The translations under genes were made by a program, and so were the position numbers. Shown here piece by piece: positions 46,568 to 49,462 of a DNA stretch of 49,462 nucleotides. Under the pieces are notes generated by a model that ran no database searches, was not told where the DNA came from, and worked only from the letters and a program-made list of their open reading frames with translations. The stretch covers positions 1-49,462 of the forward strand of contig CAKJXZ020000022.1 of the NCBI GenBank assembly GCA_918234285.1, written 5' to 3'. Position 1 is the first letter of the stretch; each line of letters starts with the position of its first letter. The DNA is from Pseudomonadota bacterium (GTDB lineage Bacteria > Pseudomonadota > Alphaproteobacteria > RF32 > CAG-239).

Positions 46568-49000
46568 ATGAAAAAGAAGTTTTCTAAAATTTTATTTGTG
46601 CTTTCCGGCATATTATTCTTTTCTTTTGCATCGATAAATCAGGGATTCGCCGCAACAGGTGAAACACCCGAAGATGCTCTGACCGTCGATTTTATTGAAG
46701 GCTCAACGGATTTTGCCGATATTACCACGCAAATTGAAAAAATCCAACAGGGATTGTTGATTAACAACATATCCCCGCGCACCTTGGACGGATATGCATC
46801 TTATCTCAGCAAAACGGACAGTGCTCTCAGCGAAAATCGCAAAATTTTGGAAAAACAGGTAAAATTCATCCAAAAACAACTTGATGCCTTGGGAGAGGCC
46901 CCGCAAGACGGCGATGCCGAAGACGAAGTAATCGCCAAACAACGCGAAGAACTATCGCAACAATTAGCCGCTCAAGACCGCTTGCTCAAAGAAACCGATT
47001 TGCTTGTCATAAAAATGGAAGACCTGACCGTACAAGTTATCAATGTGCGCAACCAAACGGTTTACGGCGATTTGATGACCAAGCAATCGGCCATTATTAA
47101 CCCGTTGGTATTCTTCAAAGGTTTGAAGGCTTATATCATTTTCTTTTGGGATATCGTAAAATCACCGATTGAATGGTATAATTCCATTCCGCAAGAGCAG
47201 CGTTCTTATACCTTGTTCAGCATCAGCGTGATGTTTGTGATTTTAATGATTGCGCTGGCTCTGGCAATTTTCTTAAAACGCTTTATTTTACGCAACTGGG
47301 GCTACAAAGCCGAAAACAAAACACCGTCTTTTAACCGCAAAGTTGTGGCGGCAATTGCCGTGGCCACTGCCCGCGGTCTGATTTTTGCCTTTTTGGTCGG
47401 TGGCTGTATTTTGTGGATGGTCAGCACCAAAATTTTCGGCGATACACTGTTAAATACGGTTTTGATGGTCTCGGCGTATGTCTGCCTGTTGGCCATTGCC
47501 GAAGCCACGGTTTCCCGCGTTACGTTTGCACCTAATTATCCGAACTGGCGTTTGGTAAATATTGCCAGCGAAAAAGCCACCCGTTTTACCCGCATGATTT
47601 TTACGTTTATTGTCGTCAATTCCATTGCGGCGATTCAGGTGGTGGTGGCGCAACACAGCGAATATTCGACCGAAACCGTGCATTTTGTGATGATGATGTC
47701 GAGTTTGGTTAAGGCCTTCTTCCTGATTTGGCTGGCCAAGATTTCGTTTGATACGTATCGTGACGAGTTTTGTGAAGAAAATCCGGAAAATACCGCGGAT
47801 GACGAAGATACGCCGATTGACCACGGCTTTAAGATGATTCTGTTCAGCCATATTTTCTGCGTCGGTACTTTTGCGTTGTCGCTGTTCGGCTATCCGGAGC
47901 TCTCGCTGTTTATTTTCAATAATCTGATTATCTCGCTGATTTTGTGCGGTGTGCTTGAAATTGTCAGAAGATCCCTTATCGATATCATCAAACGCATTGT
48001 TATCGCCGGTCCGTGGCTTAAAAAATACAAAGGGCACAAGCGCCTGGTTGAAAAAATGGACTTTTGGTTGAAAGTTATCATCAATCCGACAATTATTCTT
48101 GTAGGTATCTTTATGCTTCTGAATTTGTGGGGCTTGCCTGGTGATTTTATGCTTTCGGCGGTTAAAAAGTTGTTATTCGGTTTCAAAATCGGCGGCATTC
48201 AGATTTCGTTAATTGCAATTGCCTTGGGTATCGGTGTATTCTTCGGTTCGCTGACGGTTATGCGAATCATTAAAAAACACCTGGCGGAGAATGTGCTGCC
48301 GAAAATCGATATGGACGACGGAGTTAAACACTCGCTGATTTCCGGCGTCAGTTTTCTCGGTTTTATTATTTCGGCTTTGTTGGGAATTATTTCTATCGGA
48401 ATTGACCTCACTAACTTGGCATTCATCGCCGGTGCTTTATCCGTAGGTATCGGTTTCGGCTTGCAGGATGTGATTAAAAATCTGGTAGCCGGCGTCATCA
48501 TCTTATTCGAGCGTCCGGTTAAGGTCGGTGACTGGGTAGTGCTCGGCGGAATTGAGGGAACCATTAAGCAAATCAATATTCGTTCCACCGAGTTGTTGAG
48601 CTTTGATAAAATGAGCGTGATTATTCCGAACGCAACCTTGATTTCTTCTTCCGTAACCAATAAAACTCACGGCGATTTCATGTCGCGGCAAAGTGTGGCT
48701 GTCGGTGTGGCTTACGGCTCCGATGTGGAAAAGGTAAAGAATATTCTGCTCGAATGTGCAAACGAGCATAAATTGGTGATGAAAAATCCGGCGCCGTATG
48801 TATTATTCAAGGATTTCGGCTCCAGCAGTTTGGATTTTGAACTACGTTGCTATGTCAGAGATATCCGTAACGGTTGGACGGTTCCAAGCGATTTGCGTTA
48901 CATGATTAATAAGCGCTTTATCGAAGAAGGCATTGAGATTCCGTTCCCGCAGGTGGTGGTTCACAAAGGCGACGAAGAGCCGACGGAACCGCAAGCATAA
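46568..49000 (+). CDS. Large MscS-family mechanosensitive channel (MscK/MscM-like)
   Basis: Signal peptide, coiled-coil, many TM, GALSVGIGFGLQ, IILFERPVKVGD, I.IRST, IIPN, VGVAYGSD, GIEIPFPQ. Confidence 0.94.
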   Translation: MKKKFSKILFVLSGILFFSFASINQGFAATGETPEDALTVDFIEGSTDFADITTQIEKIQQGLLINNISPRTLDGYASYLSKTDSALSENRKILEKQVKFIQKQLDALGEAPQDGDAEDEVIAKQREELSQQLAAQDRLLKETDLLVIKMEDLTVQVINVRNQTVYGDLMTKQSAIINPLVFFKGLKAYIIFFWDIVKSPIEWYNSIPQEQRSYTLFSISVMFVILMIALALAIFLKRFILRNWGYKAENKTPSFNRKVVAAIAVATARGLIFAFLVGGCILWMVSTKIFGDTLLNTVLMVSAYVCLLAIAEATVSRVTFAPNYPNWRLVNIASEKATRFTRMIFTFIVVNSIAAIQVVVAQHSEYSTETVHFVMMMSSLVKAFFLIWLAKISFDTYRDEFCEENPENTADDEDTPIDHGFKMILFSHIFCVGTFALSLFGYPELSLFIFNNLIISLILCGVLEIVRRSLIDIIKRIVIAGPWLKKYKGHKRLVEKMDFWLKVIINPTIILVGIFMLLNLWGLPGDFMLSAVKKLLFGFKIGGIQISLIAIALGIGVFFGSLTVMRIIKKHLAENVLPKIDMDDGVKHSLISGVSFLGFIISALLGIISIGIDLTNLAFIAGALSVGIGFGLQDVIKNLVAGVIILFERPVKVGDWVVLGGIEGTIKQINIRSTELLSFDKMSVIIPNATLISSSVTNKTHGDFMSRQSVAVGVAYGSDVEKVKNILLECANEHKLVMKNPAPYVLFKDFGSSSLDFELRCYVRDIRNGWTVPSDLRYMINKRFIEEGIEIPFPQVVVHKGDEEPTEPQA

Positions 49001-49069
49001 TGAAATTGGAATATGCAAAAAATAATACTTGCAAAATAAAATAAAGTGTTTTATGTATATTCCTGTTAT

Positions 49070-49145
<76 letters not shown>

Positions 49146-49462
49146 ATAAAAGAACTCCTCCTTGCGAGGAGTTTTTTTGTTGGTATCGGGAGGGGAGAAG
49201 AACGCCCGAGGAGGGCGCTCGCAAATAAAAACAACCTCAAAATGTTGTTTTTATTGCAAGAGGCGCAGTTTTCTTAATAAGCAAGGAAAGCGACAGCGAC
49301 CGCGGCGAATTTAGAAAACAAGTGACCGAAGCGAAGTTAGCGATTGCCGAATAAAATGAAGGCAGAGCTTACGGAGCAAGAACGACAAGGAGGCACCGGC
49401 AGACGAAAGTATGCCGGTCAGCATTGGCTGACAGCCGACGCAGGTAGCAAGCGTAGCGCCGC
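49146..49462 (+). repeat. tRNA-Thr-linked element (runs off the window end)
   Basis: Terminator, antisense T-arm gaacgcccga (49200-49209), 102-nt module (49221-49322) shared with the Val locus, ggcagacgaaagtatgccggtc shared with the Lys locus. Confidence 0.88.

Overview
Core-genome window of a gut/anaerobe-type alphaproteobacterium. The placement is inferred from nuoN-birA-rnj and DUF374-waaA-lpxK synteny, and the gene content fits an RF32/'Azospirillum/Acetobacter CAG'-like lineage. The window holds four tRNA genes (Glu, Val, Lys, Thr) and housekeeping genes (lysS, cmk, lepA, waaA, lpxK, rnj, birA), plus envelope, transport and oxygen-stress genes. The most striking structure is a modular non-coding element behind all three tRNAs whose 3' flank is visible. 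It consists of a terminator, an antisense copy of that tRNA's own T-arm, a re-made T-stem, shared hairpin modules and, for Val and Lys, a duplicate of the tRNA 3' end. One ~101-nt module is shared between two loci and shows a compensatory base change. Other points: a divergent RquA-like protein behind an orphan response regulator; stand-alone NuoL/M/N lacking key charged residues; a catalytically dead Asd-like protein; an S66 peptidase with Cys in place of the catalytic Ser; a class II LysRS; a duplicated divergent pair of secreted-protein genes with a TTAA-N7-TTAA box in each promoter; and scattered Shine-Dalgarno-less orphan gene cassettes. All homology calls come from motif recognition by eye, not database searches.
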